Translations under genes and position numbers: made by a program
Source of the DNA: Anaerolineae bacterium
GTDB taxonomy: Bacteria; Chloroflexota; Anaerolineae; Anaerolineales; Villigracilaceae
DNA: 24,882 nt
Assembly (NCBI GenBank): GCA_003158885.1
Contig: PMLN01000298.1
Coordinates: forward strand, 9,719 to 34,600
Direction of reading: 5' to 3'
Notes under the pieces: generated by a model
What the model saw: only the letters and a program-made list of their open reading frames with translations
Database searches by the model: none
Told to the model about the DNA's origin: nothing
Part shown: one piece after another, positions 1-8,669 of the stretch
Layout: each line of letters starts with the position of its first letter
Position numbering within the stretch: position 1 is the first letter of the stretch

Positions 1-143
1 TTTTTATCCTTGTCCCAGAGATGTTCGGCAATTTCGCGGATACCGGCTTTATCCTTATGTGCGGCGAGTTCTTTAGCCAATTCCTGATTGGGGACTTCAT
101 CCCGCCGGTTTTGAAAAAATGCAATGCGGTTCAACGCGGACAT
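1..143 (-). CDS. Conserved hypothetical protein, N-terminal part (runs off the window edge)
   Basis: Not in the ORF track. ATG at 143-141 with GGAGG SD at 152-148; open frame MSALNRIAFFQNRRDEVPNQELAKELAAHKDKAGIREIAEHLWDKDK to position 1. Resembles a helical (HEAT-like) hypothetical family from memory only. Confidence 0.8.
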   Translation of the reverse strand, partial: MSALNRIAFFQNRRDEVPNQELAKELAAHKDKAGIREIAEHLWDKDK

Positions 144-152
144 ATCGCCTCC

Positions 153-395
153 TTATTTCAAAAAGGAATTGGTGAGATAGATCACCAGTAGAATCATGGC
201 GATCAAGAGCAGTACCAGGCCCAAAGCCCGGAGCAAACCCGCCGCCAGGACCTTGCGCCCGTGGCGGCGATGGAGTTCCGTGCCGGTCGCCATCTCGGCG
301 CGGTTCTCTGATTCCACCCCATCCTTCCGATACATCCAGGCGCGGCGGCAATAGAGATACGTTCCAATATCAGAAGCGCGAATGATGGGCGGCAT
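153..395 (-). CDS. Small membrane protein with a Cas4/PD-(D/E)xK-like N-terminal motif and a C-terminal TM helix
   Basis: IRASDIGTYLYCRRAW...MATGTELH, then hydrophobic LLRALGLVLLLIAMILLVIYL. Start set at ATG 395, 6 nt after TGcTATACT (the track's start at 413 overlaps this promoter). Confidence 0.75.
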   Translation of the reverse strand: MPPIIRASDIGTYLYCRRAWMYRKDGVESENRAEMATGTELHRRHGRKVLAAGLLRALGLVLLLIAMILLVIYLTNSFLK

Positions 396-401
396 AAGCC
401 G

Positions 402-410
402 AGTATAGCA
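402..410 (-). promoter_or_regulatory. Extended -10 promoter (TG-C-TATACT), probably leaderless
   Basis: Minus strand reads TGCTATACT-CGGCTT-ATG; no SD. Confidence 0.55.
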
Positions 411-517
411 CAAGTTTTCTAGTGCATATTTCCCGGCACGGAGGTTTTGGCAAAAACTTGTCTGAATTACGAAAGCCTTCGGGACGTTCTGCGTAAGATA
501 AGTAATACCGCAAACGG

Positions 518-523
518 TATAAT
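518..523 (+). promoter_or_regulatory. -10 element TATAAT, probably leaderless thioesterase mRNA
   Basis: TATAAT at 518-523, ATG at 530, no SD between them. Confidence 0.5.
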
Positions 524-529
524 CACCGC

Positions 530-982
530 ATGTCCGAATTCAAATTCTTTCATCCCATCGAAGTTCGTTACGGCGATCTCGATCCCCAGGGGCATCTCAA
601 CAACGCCAAATATCTGACTTTTTTCGAACAAGCGCGCGTCCATTATCTCATCCATTTGGGCCTGTTTACCCAGAACCAATCCTTTATGGACATCGGCATC
701 ATCCTGGCCGACGCACACATCGCCTTCCTGGCGCCCATCCACTACGGCGATGAAGTTAAAGTGGGCGTGCGGACATCCAAGCTGGGCAACAAATCCATGA
801 TCATCGAACAAAACATCGTGAATCATGCCAGCGGAAAAGAAATGGCAAAAGGCGAGATCGTAGCGGTCACATTCGATTATCACAATCAGAAGCCAATCTC
901 TCTGCCAGAAGATTGGCGCAAGACAATTTCAAAATTCGAGGGTCTGCAAAATCAAAAACTGAAAATTACTCCTCGTTCATAA
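530..982 (+). CDS. Acyl-CoA thioesterase (4HBT/YbgC-FadM hot-dog family)
   Basis: EVRYGDLDPQGHLNNAKYLTFFEQAR is the family signature. Confidence 0.92.
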   Translation: MSEFKFFHPIEVRYGDLDPQGHLNNAKYLTFFEQARVHYLIHLGLFTQNQSFMDIGIILADAHIAFLAPIHYGDEVKVGVRTSKLGNKSMIIEQNIVNHASGKEMAKGEIVAVTFDYHNQKPISLPEDWRKTISKFEGLQNQKLKITPRS

Positions 983-1032
983 CATCCCATCTCTCAAGAT
1001 CTATGCATGCCTTTAAATCAAAGGAAAAATAA

Positions 1033-2085
1033 ATGTCATCCCTTCCAAATATTGATACCGGTCATCTCGTAGATTTTCTCGTCAAGCTTCTCAACATCCC
1101 TTCGCCTACCGGACGAACGGATGATGCAATTGCATTTGTCGAAAAAGAACTTTCCACATTCAAACAACTCAAACTCAGTCGCACGCGCAAAGGCGCGCTG
1201 GTCGCAAAATGGGAAGGCAGGAAAGACGATTCACCGCGCGCATTAACCGCACACGTGGATACGCTCGGCGCAATGGTCAAGGAGATCAAATCCAATGGAC
1301 GGCTCAAGATCACGCGCATCGGCGGGCTGCTTCTCAATGGCGTTGAAACCGAAGGCTGTTGGGTATTCACATCGAACGGCAAAAAGATGCGCGGCTCGCT
1401 ATTGATCGACGCGGCCTCGGTGCACGTTTACGGCGCGAAGGCCAGCGAGACAAAACGCAACGAGGATCACATGGAAATCCGCCTCGATGCACGCACATCA
1501 TCTGAAAAAGAAACGCGTGAGTTGGGAATCAACATCGGGGATTTTGTCGCTTTCGACCCGCGCGTCGAAGTGACGAACGGATTTGTCCGCTCGCGGTTTC
1601 TCGACGATAAAGCTTGTGTCGCAGCCCTCGCGGCGGCGATCAAATCTTTAGCCGAGTCCGGTCAAAATCCGGCGCAGGATGTCACTTTCCTCATCAGCAA
1701 TTATGAGGAAGTCGGTCACGGCGCGGCGGCAGGAATTCCATCGGAAACGCAGGAGCTGGTTACGGTTGACATGGCCGCGGTGGGCGAAGGACAGGAGTCG
1801 GACGAATTCCACGCCACGCTGTGTCTCAAAGACAGCGGCGGGCCATATCATCACGGACTAAGCAACAAACTGCGTCTCATCGCGGACGAAAGCGGGATTC
1901 CTTTTAAGACAGATATTTATCCCTACTATGGCTCGGACGGCGAAGCCTTTTGGCGTGCGGGCGGCGATGTGGCCGTGGCGTTGATCGGTCCCGGCGTGGA
2001 TGCCTCTCACAATTACGAACGTACGCACACCGAGGCGCTGATTGCAACCACAAATTGGATCATGGCGTATTTGTTAAAAGAGTAG
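1033..2085 (+). CDS. M42 family metallopeptidase (YhfE-like)
   Basis: TAHVDTLG, RFLDDK, YEEVGHG, VDM and ASHNYER metal-binding motifs; AAGGA SD. Confidence 0.92.
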   Translation: MSSLPNIDTGHLVDFLVKLLNIPSPTGRTDDAIAFVEKELSTFKQLKLSRTRKGALVAKWEGRKDDSPRALTAHVDTLGAMVKEIKSNGRLKITRIGGLLLNGVETEGCWVFTSNGKKMRGSLLIDAASVHVYGAKASETKRNEDHMEIRLDARTSSEKETRELGINIGDFVAFDPRVEVTNGFVRSRFLDDKACVAALAAAIKSLAESGQNPAQDVTFLISNYEEVGHGAAAGIPSETQELVTVDMAAVGEGQESDEFHATLCLKDSGGPYHHGLSNKLRLIADESGIPFKTDIYPYYGSDGEAFWRAGGDVAVALIGPGVDASHNYERTHTEALIATTNWIMAYLLKE

Positions 2086-2128
2086 ACGCGGAGAACATAG
2101 AGTCTGACTTTACCGTGGAGATAAAATT

Positions 2129-3175
2129 ATGAAATTCGATGCTTCGCTTCCACCCGTTTCATTGAAGGATGTCCCTGCGATTGCCAAAGCCGCCGAAGAA
2201 ATCGGCTTCGATGCCTTGTGGACTTCCGAGACCCAGCACGACCCATTCCTCCCGTGTGCGTTGATCGCAGAACATACCCGGAAACTAAACTTTGGCACGG
2301 CCATTGCCGTTTCGTTCGCGCGTTCGCCCGCCACGCTGGCTTACACCGCCTGGGATTTGGCCGCACAATCCAATGGGAGATTCATTCTAGGCCTTGGCAC
2401 ACAAGTTAAAGCGCATATCGAACGGCGCTTTGGAATGCAATGGCCTGAATCGGTGACGGGGAAACTGCGCGAGCAAATCCAAGTCATACGCGCCTTATGG
2501 GACACATGGCAAAATGGTACGAAGTTTAATTTCCGCGGCGAGTATTACAAGTTAACGTTGATGCCGCCGTTCTTTACGCCCCCGCCTCTGCACTCCTCTG
2601 CCTCCCCAATTTCCGCGGGAGATTGGGAGAATGGAAGAGGATTGATCCCAATCTACATCGCCGGCGTCAATACCGGCCTGGCAAAACTGGCGGGAGAACT
2701 GTGTGATGGATTCCACGTGCACCCATTCAATAGCCCACGTTATTTGCGTGACGTGATCCTACCATCCATTGCGGAAGGCGCGGACAAAGTAAAACGTATA
2801 GAGAAAAACGTGATCATTTCGGTGACAGCGTTCGCGGCAACATCCGCGGAAGAGGAAAACTTTGCGCGGACACAGATCGCGTTTTACGCTTCCACACCCT
2901 CCTACCGTTCTGTGATGGACTTTTACGGCTGGGGCGGGATCGCCGAGAAATTGTCCGCACAGGCAGCCAAAGGCGAATGGATGGAAATGTCAACGCTGAT
3001 CACCGATGAAATGCTGAATGAATTTTGTCTTGTCACCTCGCCGGAGAAATTAGCCGAGGAATTGAAAGCGCGTTATAAAGGAATCGCCGACCGCCTAGCC
3101 TTGTACACTCCCTTTGTGCCGGGCGAGAGGGATGAATTTTGGAAAAGGATCGTCTCCGAAATCAATCTCGAATGA
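2129..3175 (+). CDS. Luciferase-like (LLM) probable F420-dependent oxidoreductase, with a palindromic insert
   Basis: SETQHDPF, FGTAIAVSFARSP, GRFILGLGTQVKAHIERRFG, DGFHVHPF, IAFYASTPSY; GGAG SD. Confidence 0.88.
   Translation: MKFDASLPPVSLKDVPAIAKAAEEIGFDALWTSETQHDPFLPCALIAEHTRKLNFGTAIAVSFARSPATLAYTAWDLAAQSNGRFILGLGTQVKAHIERRFGMQWPESVTGKLREQIQVIRALWDTWQNGTKFNFRGEYYKLTLMPPFFTPPPLHSSASPISAGDWENGRGLIPIYIAGVNTGLAKLAGELCDGFHVHPFNSPRYLRDVILPSIAEGADKVKRIEKNVIISVTAFAATSAEEENFARTQIAFYASTPSYRSVMDFYGWGGIAEKLSAQAAKGEWMEMSTLITDEMLNEFCLVTSPEKLAEELKARYKGIADRLALYTPFVPGERDEFWKRIVSEINLE
2595..2640. repeat. Intragenic palindromic element
   Basis: 10-bp stem 2605-2614/2618-2627 (one G-U) plus outer CCTCT/AGAGG arms. 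Confidence 0.65.
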
Positions 3176-3182
3176 GTTGTGT

Positions 3183-3548
3183 TTATCCAATTGCTACTGC
3201 AAATGCTACAGCATGACTCATGCTATGACTAATACTCACCGCCCATGTGGATATACCAATTTCTTTTGATTTTTGTTCCGCTGCTCCGCGCAGAGTAAGC
3301 ATCGGGGCGTTTTGTTCATCGCCGAGAATCTCGATTTCCTTCCAGGCAACTTCACCGATGCCCGTGCCAAGCGCTTTCGCCACCGCTTCCTTCGCGGCGA
3401 AACGCCCCGCCAACGATTCAACATTCTTCCCGCATTGCTCGAGTTCGGCAAAAGTATAAATGCGCTCAAGATAATGTTTGCCATGACGCGCGATCACTTC
3501 CGAGACCCGGGAAATTTCAATCAGATCAACGCCGGTTCGCAAAATCAT
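3183..3548 (-). CDS. acpS: Holo-[acyl-carrier-protein] synthase
   Basis: GVDLIEISR, LAGRFAAKEAVAKALGTG, VSISHS. Start placed at MILRTG (3548); the track's start at 3563 is also possible. Confidence 0.95.
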   Translation of the reverse strand: MILRTGVDLIEISRVSEVIARHGKHYLERIYTFAELEQCGKNVESLAGRFAAKEAVAKALGTGIGEVAWKEIEILGDEQNAPMLTLRGAAEQKSKEIGISTWAVSISHSMSHAVAFAVAIG

Positions 3549-3566
3549 CCCATGCCGACCCACAAG

Positions 3567-4859
3567 TCATGATCCCGCAACGGCGACAACCAACCGATCA
3601 GGGTCAATGTATTTCCGTGCAACTTTCAGGACATCCGAGGGTGTGACCGACTTCACCAAATCGGGATAGCGGCGATAATAATCCAAACCAAGCGAATAGC
3701 GCTCCATACTGATCAATGCGCCCGCCACGCCGCCGTTGGATTCCAATGAAAGCGGCAAGCGCCCAATAAAATTCGCCTGGCTGTCCAGCAGTTCTTCCTT
3801 GGTAACGCCGCCTTTGATAAAACGCTTCAATTCCTTGACGATCAAATCGCCCGCCTTCTTGACGTTTGCCGGACTCACGCCCGCACTCACCGACCATGAA
3901 CCGGGACCAAGGCCGGCGCTCAAGCCGGAATACACATAATAGGCCAGTCCGGACTTTTCGCGTACTGACTTGCCAACCCTGCCCATCATGCCGAATTGAC
4001 CCAGGACGGAATTGCCCAGCGAAGCGGCCATATAGTCAGCATCGGTGCGGCGTGGGCCATTGGTGCCGATGATCAAATCAGCCTGGGATTTTCCATCAAT
4101 CGTTACATGCCGCCTGACGGTTTCATCCAACCGTTTCAACTCCGGCATGAGCAGCGCATCCACTTGATCCCGATTCTTCCAATCGCCAAGCACCCGTCCA
4201 ATGGCATCCGCTGCCTTCTTCGGCTCGACAGCGCCGACCATCACAATGACCATGCCACGCGGCCCAAAAGCATGGCGATGATAATCCGCCAAATCCTGAC
4301 GCGTAATGGCCTGGATGGTTTCCGGAAACCCATCTTCGGGACGCGCATAAGGATGGCCCTGAAAAAGGAGCTCATCGAAGGTCAATTCCGCCATATCGGA
4401 GGTATCCTGGGAGCGAATGGCAAGGCCGGTCAAAAGCTGGTGGCGAAGCTTCTCGACTTCCACTTCCGGGAAGGTCGGCTGGCGAAGCGTCTCCGAAAGC
4501 AGAACCAGCAAAAGCGGCAAATCTTCAACAAGGGCGCGGCCATGAAATCCCGTGGCGTGGATTCCCGAATCAAACCCCAAACTTGCACCCACCGATTCGA
4601 GTTCGTTATAGAGACCATCGAAACTGTGCTTTTCAGTGCCGCGCATTAAGGCCGAAGCAGCAAAATCCGCCAGGCCCAATTTATCATCGGGGTCAAACAA
4701 GCTTCCGGCATTGATATAGCCAGCGATTGAGACGGAGGGGCTGTTGAAATTCGCACGGCACAAAATGGTGATGCCGTTGGAGAGAACGCTGCGATGAATA
4801 TCCTCCGGTCCTGGAAAAGAAGTTGTGGCCGGATGCGATGATTTACGTTGAGCGCACAT
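3567..4859 (-). CDS. M16 (pitrilysin-like) peptidase, probable non-catalytic subunit
   Basis: M16 features (LSNG, RGT, VREKSGLAYYV) but DFAAS in place of HxxEH; start overlaps the upstream stop (TAATG). Confidence 0.88.
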   Translation of the reverse strand: MCAQRKSSHPATTSFPGPEDIHRSVLSNGITILCRANFNSPSVSIAGYINAGSLFDPDDKLGLADFAASALMRGTEKHSFDGLYNELESVGASLGFDSGIHATGFHGRALVEDLPLLLVLLSETLRQPTFPEVEVEKLRHQLLTGLAIRSQDTSDMAELTFDELLFQGHPYARPEDGFPETIQAITRQDLADYHRHAFGPRGMVIVMVGAVEPKKAADAIGRVLGDWKNRDQVDALLMPELKRLDETVRRHVTIDGKSQADLIIGTNGPRRTDADYMAASLGNSVLGQFGMMGRVGKSVREKSGLAYYVYSGLSAGLGPGSWSVSAGVSPANVKKAGDLIVKELKRFIKGGVTKEELLDSQANFIGRLPLSLESNGGVAGALISMERYSLGLDYYRRYPDLVKSVTPSDVLKVARKYIDPDRLVVAVAGS

Positions 4860-6145
4860 TATGCTTCGCCCTTTCCTGAGGGAAGATAAGTTCCAATCAC
4901 ACGGTTCTGTGGACGAAAGTACATCTGCGCCACGCGCTGCACATCTTTTGGCTTGACCAACGCCAACTTATCCAGATATGCAAGAAACCAGCCATAGTCT
5001 GCAAACATCTCGCTGTAACCCAGCCAAAACGCCTGGTTGGTAATATTTTCCATGCCATATGCAAAATTGGCGCGCGCCTGTTTGATCGCCCGCGCCACTT
5101 CCTCCTTCGACACCAATTCATCCTGCACGCGTCGAAGTTCCACATCCAGTGCGGCAAGCGCCTCATCCGGCATCCGTTTGGGATGAATCGTCAATGTAAT
5201 GTAATAGAGGAACGGATCCACCGTTGTGGTCGAGCCGCCCGAAAGCGAGACGGCCAATTCCTTATCCACAAGAGCGCGATAGAGACGCGAGGTTTTGTTC
5301 GAGATACTGCCTCCGCCGAACATATTCAGATTCGACGGACCTGCCAATAAACTATCCAATACGGATAGTGCAAAGAAGTCAGGATGCGGTGCCGCCGGAA
5401 AATGATAGGCCGCCTGCAAATAAGCAGTCTCGCCCTGGCCTTCAATGGACAGCCGCACCTCGCCGCGTTGTTCCGGCTCAGGCCGCGCCAAGCGAGGCGG
5501 AGTCGCAGCAGAGGGAATCTTCCCAAATAATTCCTTGATTCGACCCAACATTTCTTTGGTTTTGAAATCACCCGCGACGCCCATCACCGCATTGTTCGGG
5601 ACATAATAGGTGCGGTAATGACGATAAAGATCGTCGCGCGTCATGGATTTAATGTCAGCCATATCGCCGATGACTTCGTGATGATAGGAATGTACGCGGA
5701 AAGCCGCCTGCTGAACTGTTTCGCCCAACTGGAAGAGAGGCTCGTTCTCGCTGCCTTCGCGTTCCGAAGCAACCACCGTCCGCTCGGAAGCAAATTCCTT
5801 TTCATCGAAAACGCTGTGACGCATTCGATCGGCTTCGAGGCGCAAGGCAAGATCAATTTTATCGGCGGGCATGGTTTCAAAGAACGTCGTCCAATCAAGA
5901 AAGGTGAACGCGTTCCACATTCCGCCATCGCGCGAAATCGCTTTATCCATCATGGAGGCAGGATATTTGGGCGTGCCTTTGAATTGCATATGTTCGACCA
6001 GATGGGAAATGCCCGTCAACGGAGGCGCTTCATCGCGCGAACCGACGCGGTACCACATCCACGATGAAATCAGAGACGCGGTATGAATTTCCTTAAGCAG
6101 GACGGTCAGGCCATTGGAAAGGGTGGTTTTCGTAAATTCAGGCAT
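4859..6145 (-). CDS. M16 (pitrilysin-like) zinc peptidase, catalytic subunit
   Basis: GISHLVEHMQFKGT (HxxEH), NAFT, ER..V..ER motifs. Confidence 0.92.
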   Translation of the reverse strand: MPEFTKTTLSNGLTVLLKEIHTASLISSWMWYRVGSRDEAPPLTGISHLVEHMQFKGTPKYPASMMDKAISRDGGMWNAFTFLDWTTFFETMPADKIDLALRLEADRMRHSVFDEKEFASERTVVASEREGSENEPLFQLGETVQQAAFRVHSYHHEVIGDMADIKSMTRDDLYRHYRTYYVPNNAVMGVAGDFKTKEMLGRIKELFGKIPSAATPPRLARPEPEQRGEVRLSIEGQGETAYLQAAYHFPAAPHPDFFALSVLDSLLAGPSNLNMFGGGSISNKTSRLYRALVDKELAVSLSGGSTTTVDPFLYYITLTIHPKRMPDEALAALDVELRRVQDELVSKEEVARAIKQARANFAYGMENITNQAFWLGYSEMFADYGWFLAYLDKLALVKPKDVQRVAQMYFRPQNRVIGTYLPSGKGEA

Positions 6146-6164
6146 GGGCGCAGATTATACCCTT

Positions 6165-6920
6165 TCACCTGCAAACCGGTACATTGTTAATGGAAATCGC
6201 ATCGGGATTAACAAGACAATACCACGGCTTAATCGTGTTCTCAAGGCCGAGAATCGCAGGGTGGAGATCGGTGGACGACAATGGAATATCCACATTCACA
6301 TTCATCGCAACCGTGACTGTAGTACTGACCGGCACACACAAATCCAAATTGACCGGCAAATTTGTGTTAGCGGGCATAACAATGGTAGTGGACGCATTTT
6401 GAATATTCAACCCACCGGTTTGGACAGTCACCTTTGCATTATCAATAGTGGTATCCTGATTAATAATAACATTTGTGCCTGTTTTAATGCACACACTGAG
6501 ACTGACGGGGATATCTTTTTGAATGGGAATAACCGTTTTGATATGAGCGGCATCCATCCGTTCAAAGTTGTTATAGAGTCCGCCCAGCAAGCCCGTCCCA
6601 ATCTGACCAAGATGCAAGCCGCCCAAGCCGTACAATATGCCGATCAGAACCACGATCAGGATGATATTCACTGTCATCGAGAGGATGCTGGCAATGGTCC
6701 AAAAGGCTGGCAGGAATTGGGGTTTGGGTTTGACAGTAGGCGCTTGGGGAGCAGTCGGAGGCGGAGTTTGAACAGGGACGGTTTTAGAAACCGATTTATC
6801 CTCAACCGGTTTGGCCTTCGGCAAACGATCCAGCGGGGATTCTTCGTTCTTCATCCCATGCAAAATGGCGCGCACGCGGTCTGCGGGCACTGGCCTTGAT
6901 TTACCATCGGGTTTCGTCAT
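6165..6920 (-). CDS. Hypothetical single-pass membrane protein with a beta-rich C-terminal domain
   Basis: GGAGG SD; Pro-rich linker, TM segment FWTIASILSMTVNIILIVVLIGILYGL, V/I/T-rich alternating strands, four Cys. Confidence 0.8.
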   Translation of the reverse strand: MTKPDGKSRPVPADRVRAILHGMKNEESPLDRLPKAKPVEDKSVSKTVPVQTPPPTAPQAPTVKPKPQFLPAFWTIASILSMTVNIILIVVLIGILYGLGGLHLGQIGTGLLGGLYNNFERMDAAHIKTVIPIQKDIPVSLSVCIKTGTNVIINQDTTIDNAKVTVQTGGLNIQNASTTIVMPANTNLPVNLDLCVPVSTTVTVAMNVNVDIPLSSTDLHPAILGLENTIKPWYCLVNPDAISINNVPVCR

Positions 6921-7105
6921 ACGACCTCCTCTGAAACGATGCTTAATCCTAACGTAAATACGGACGGCAAAAGCTCTTCCCGGCTAAAATAATTTCTCCA
7001 TGAGCATCTCAATTCACCTTATTCTAACAGAGACATCGTAACATGGCGATCAGATTAACGACATGTATCGTGATTTATCAAAGATTACCGAAGGATATAT
7101 ATCAC

Positions 7106-7134
7106 TTGTATCATCCCTGCTTTTCTAATATAAT
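7106..7134 (+). promoter_or_regulatory. Sigma70-type promoter
   Basis: TTGTAT (7106-7111), 17 nt, TATAAT (7129-7134) upstream of AGGAGG-GTG. Confidence 0.7.
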
Positions 7135-7170
7135 TTGCCCGCTTGGTATTAAAACCGTCAAGGAGGAAGT

Positions 7171-8517
7171 GTGTCCGAACAAAATTCATACTTTGTAGCA
7201 GTGATAGGGGCCGGACCGTCAGGCTTATTCGGTGCGCGTGAGCTTGCCAATCAGGGTGCGCAGGTGGTTGTCTTCAACCGCGATATCAAGCCGGGTGGAC
7301 TTGCGGAATATGGAGTCTACCCTGATAAATTTAAAATGAAGGATGGTTTTCGCAAGCAGTTCCGGGGGACATTGGCGAACCCCAACCTCTCCTATTATGG
7401 AAATTTGAGAGTCGGTGCCGAGGGCGATCTCACATTGGCCGACTTGCGTGCACTTGGCTTTCAGGCCATTCTGGTCACAGTCGGCGCACAGGGTACCAAA
7501 TGGGTCGGATTGCCTGGCGAAAACCTTGTGGGGGTTTATCACGCCAAGAACCTGGTCTATCATTACAACAAGCTCCCGGCCTTCACCCAGGAAAGATTCC
7601 GGCTGGGTAAACGCTGTGCAATCATTGGCGCTGGCAATGTGATGTTGGATATTGCATACTTCATGATCCACGAAGTGAAGGCGGAAGAAGTTATCGCGAT
7701 CGTGCGCCGCGGCCCCGGCGAGGTAAACTTCACCAAGGAGGAAATGACACGCAACATCGCGCAACTGGATATGGAAGCTTTTGAAGCCGAAATGAAGCGG
7801 GTCCTGCCAGTTTTACAAGCGATCAATCAAGATCCTGAAATTGGCCGCCACAAAATGCTGGATGCCCTGCCGAAAGCGGAACCCAAATCCGGCGACACGC
7901 GTCTCCGCTTCGAATTCCTGACCTCACCCGTTCAAATGACCGGCGAAAACGGCTGGCTGGCCGAACTCGAGGTCGAGGATAATATTCTGGTTGTCAAAGA
8001 CAACGAAGTGAAAGCGCGCGGCACCGGCCACAAACGTACTTTGGATGTTGAAGCGGTGATCTTTGCCATCGGCGACAAGATTGATGATTCCTTCGGCCTT
8101 CCGACGGCTTCCAATGCATTCGCCATGAATCCATCGCCGCGTTTTCCAATAGATAAAACTTCATATGAGGCGTTCGATCCGGATGCCGAAGAGCCAATTC
8201 AAGATGTATTCGTCGGCGGATGGGCGCGCAAAGCCAGCGAGGGTTTGGTGGGATACGCACGAAAAGATGGAGTCAATGCGTCCAGAGCCGTCTGGCAATA
8301 TTTGCAAACCCTGCAGCCGACAGTCCCCAACCTGGCGGCGGTTGCCGAAAAAATGAAAAGTCTCAGCAAGCCCATCATCACAAAGGAAAATATAAAAAAA
8401 CTCGAGGCGGTTGAGGCGGCAGAGGCGAAAAAGCGCGGCTTGGAAGAATTCAAGTTTGCCACCAATGAAGAAATGTTACAGGCGATGGGATTGAACGTCT
8501 CGGCTTCATTTTTTTAG
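7171..8517 (+). CDS. FAD-dependent NAD(P)H oxidoreductase (FprA/adrenodoxin reductase-like)
   Basis: VAVIGAGPSG, PGGLAEYGVYPD, IIGAGNVMLD, VIFAIG, FVGGW; GTG start with AGGAGG SD. Confidence 0.88.
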   Translation: MSEQNSYFVAVIGAGPSGLFGARELANQGAQVVVFNRDIKPGGLAEYGVYPDKFKMKDGFRKQFRGTLANPNLSYYGNLRVGAEGDLTLADLRALGFQAILVTVGAQGTKWVGLPGENLVGVYHAKNLVYHYNKLPAFTQERFRLGKRCAIIGAGNVMLDIAYFMIHEVKAEEVIAIVRRGPGEVNFTKEEMTRNIAQLDMEAFEAEMKRVLPVLQAINQDPEIGRHKMLDALPKAEPKSGDTRLRFEFLTSPVQMTGENGWLAELEVEDNILVVKDNEVKARGTGHKRTLDVEAVIFAIGDKIDDSFGLPTASNAFAMNPSPRFPIDKTSYEAFDPDAEEPIQDVFVGGWARKASEGLVGYARKDGVNASRAVWQYLQTLQPTVPNLAAVAEKMKSLSKPIITKENIKKLEAVEAAEAKKRGLEEFKFATNEEMLQAMGLNVSASFF

Positions 8518-8578
8518 AAGTATATTCTGCAGCCATGGGATTGAAGGTCACAGCCTAAAGCCAGGGCTTTGAAGAATT

Positions 8579-8607
8579 AAAAGCCGCGAATTTCCGCGCG
8601 GCTTTTT
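8579..8607 (+). terminator. Rho-independent terminator
   Basis: AAAAGCCGCG/CGCGGCTTTT 10-bp inverted repeat ending in a T-run. Confidence 0.7.
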
Positions 8608-8669
8608 CATCCTTTGATCCTTTGTTAAAATTCCGCCGTGGTAAATGACCCAATGGGACTAAAATAAGC

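Noticed and set aside
6114-6899. Long antisense/shadow ORFs (also 3996-4649, 15302-16264, 17088-17981, 18062-18586, 19664-20248 and others)
   Set aside because: They mirror well-supported genes on the opposite strand, lack motifs and are expected from codon bias.
6960-6990. GGACGGCAAAAGCTCTTCCCGGCTAAA resembles part of a c-di-GMP-I riboswitch
   Set aside because: The upstream P2 stem with GAAA tetraloop is missing, and it lies upstream of the evident promoter at 7106-7134.
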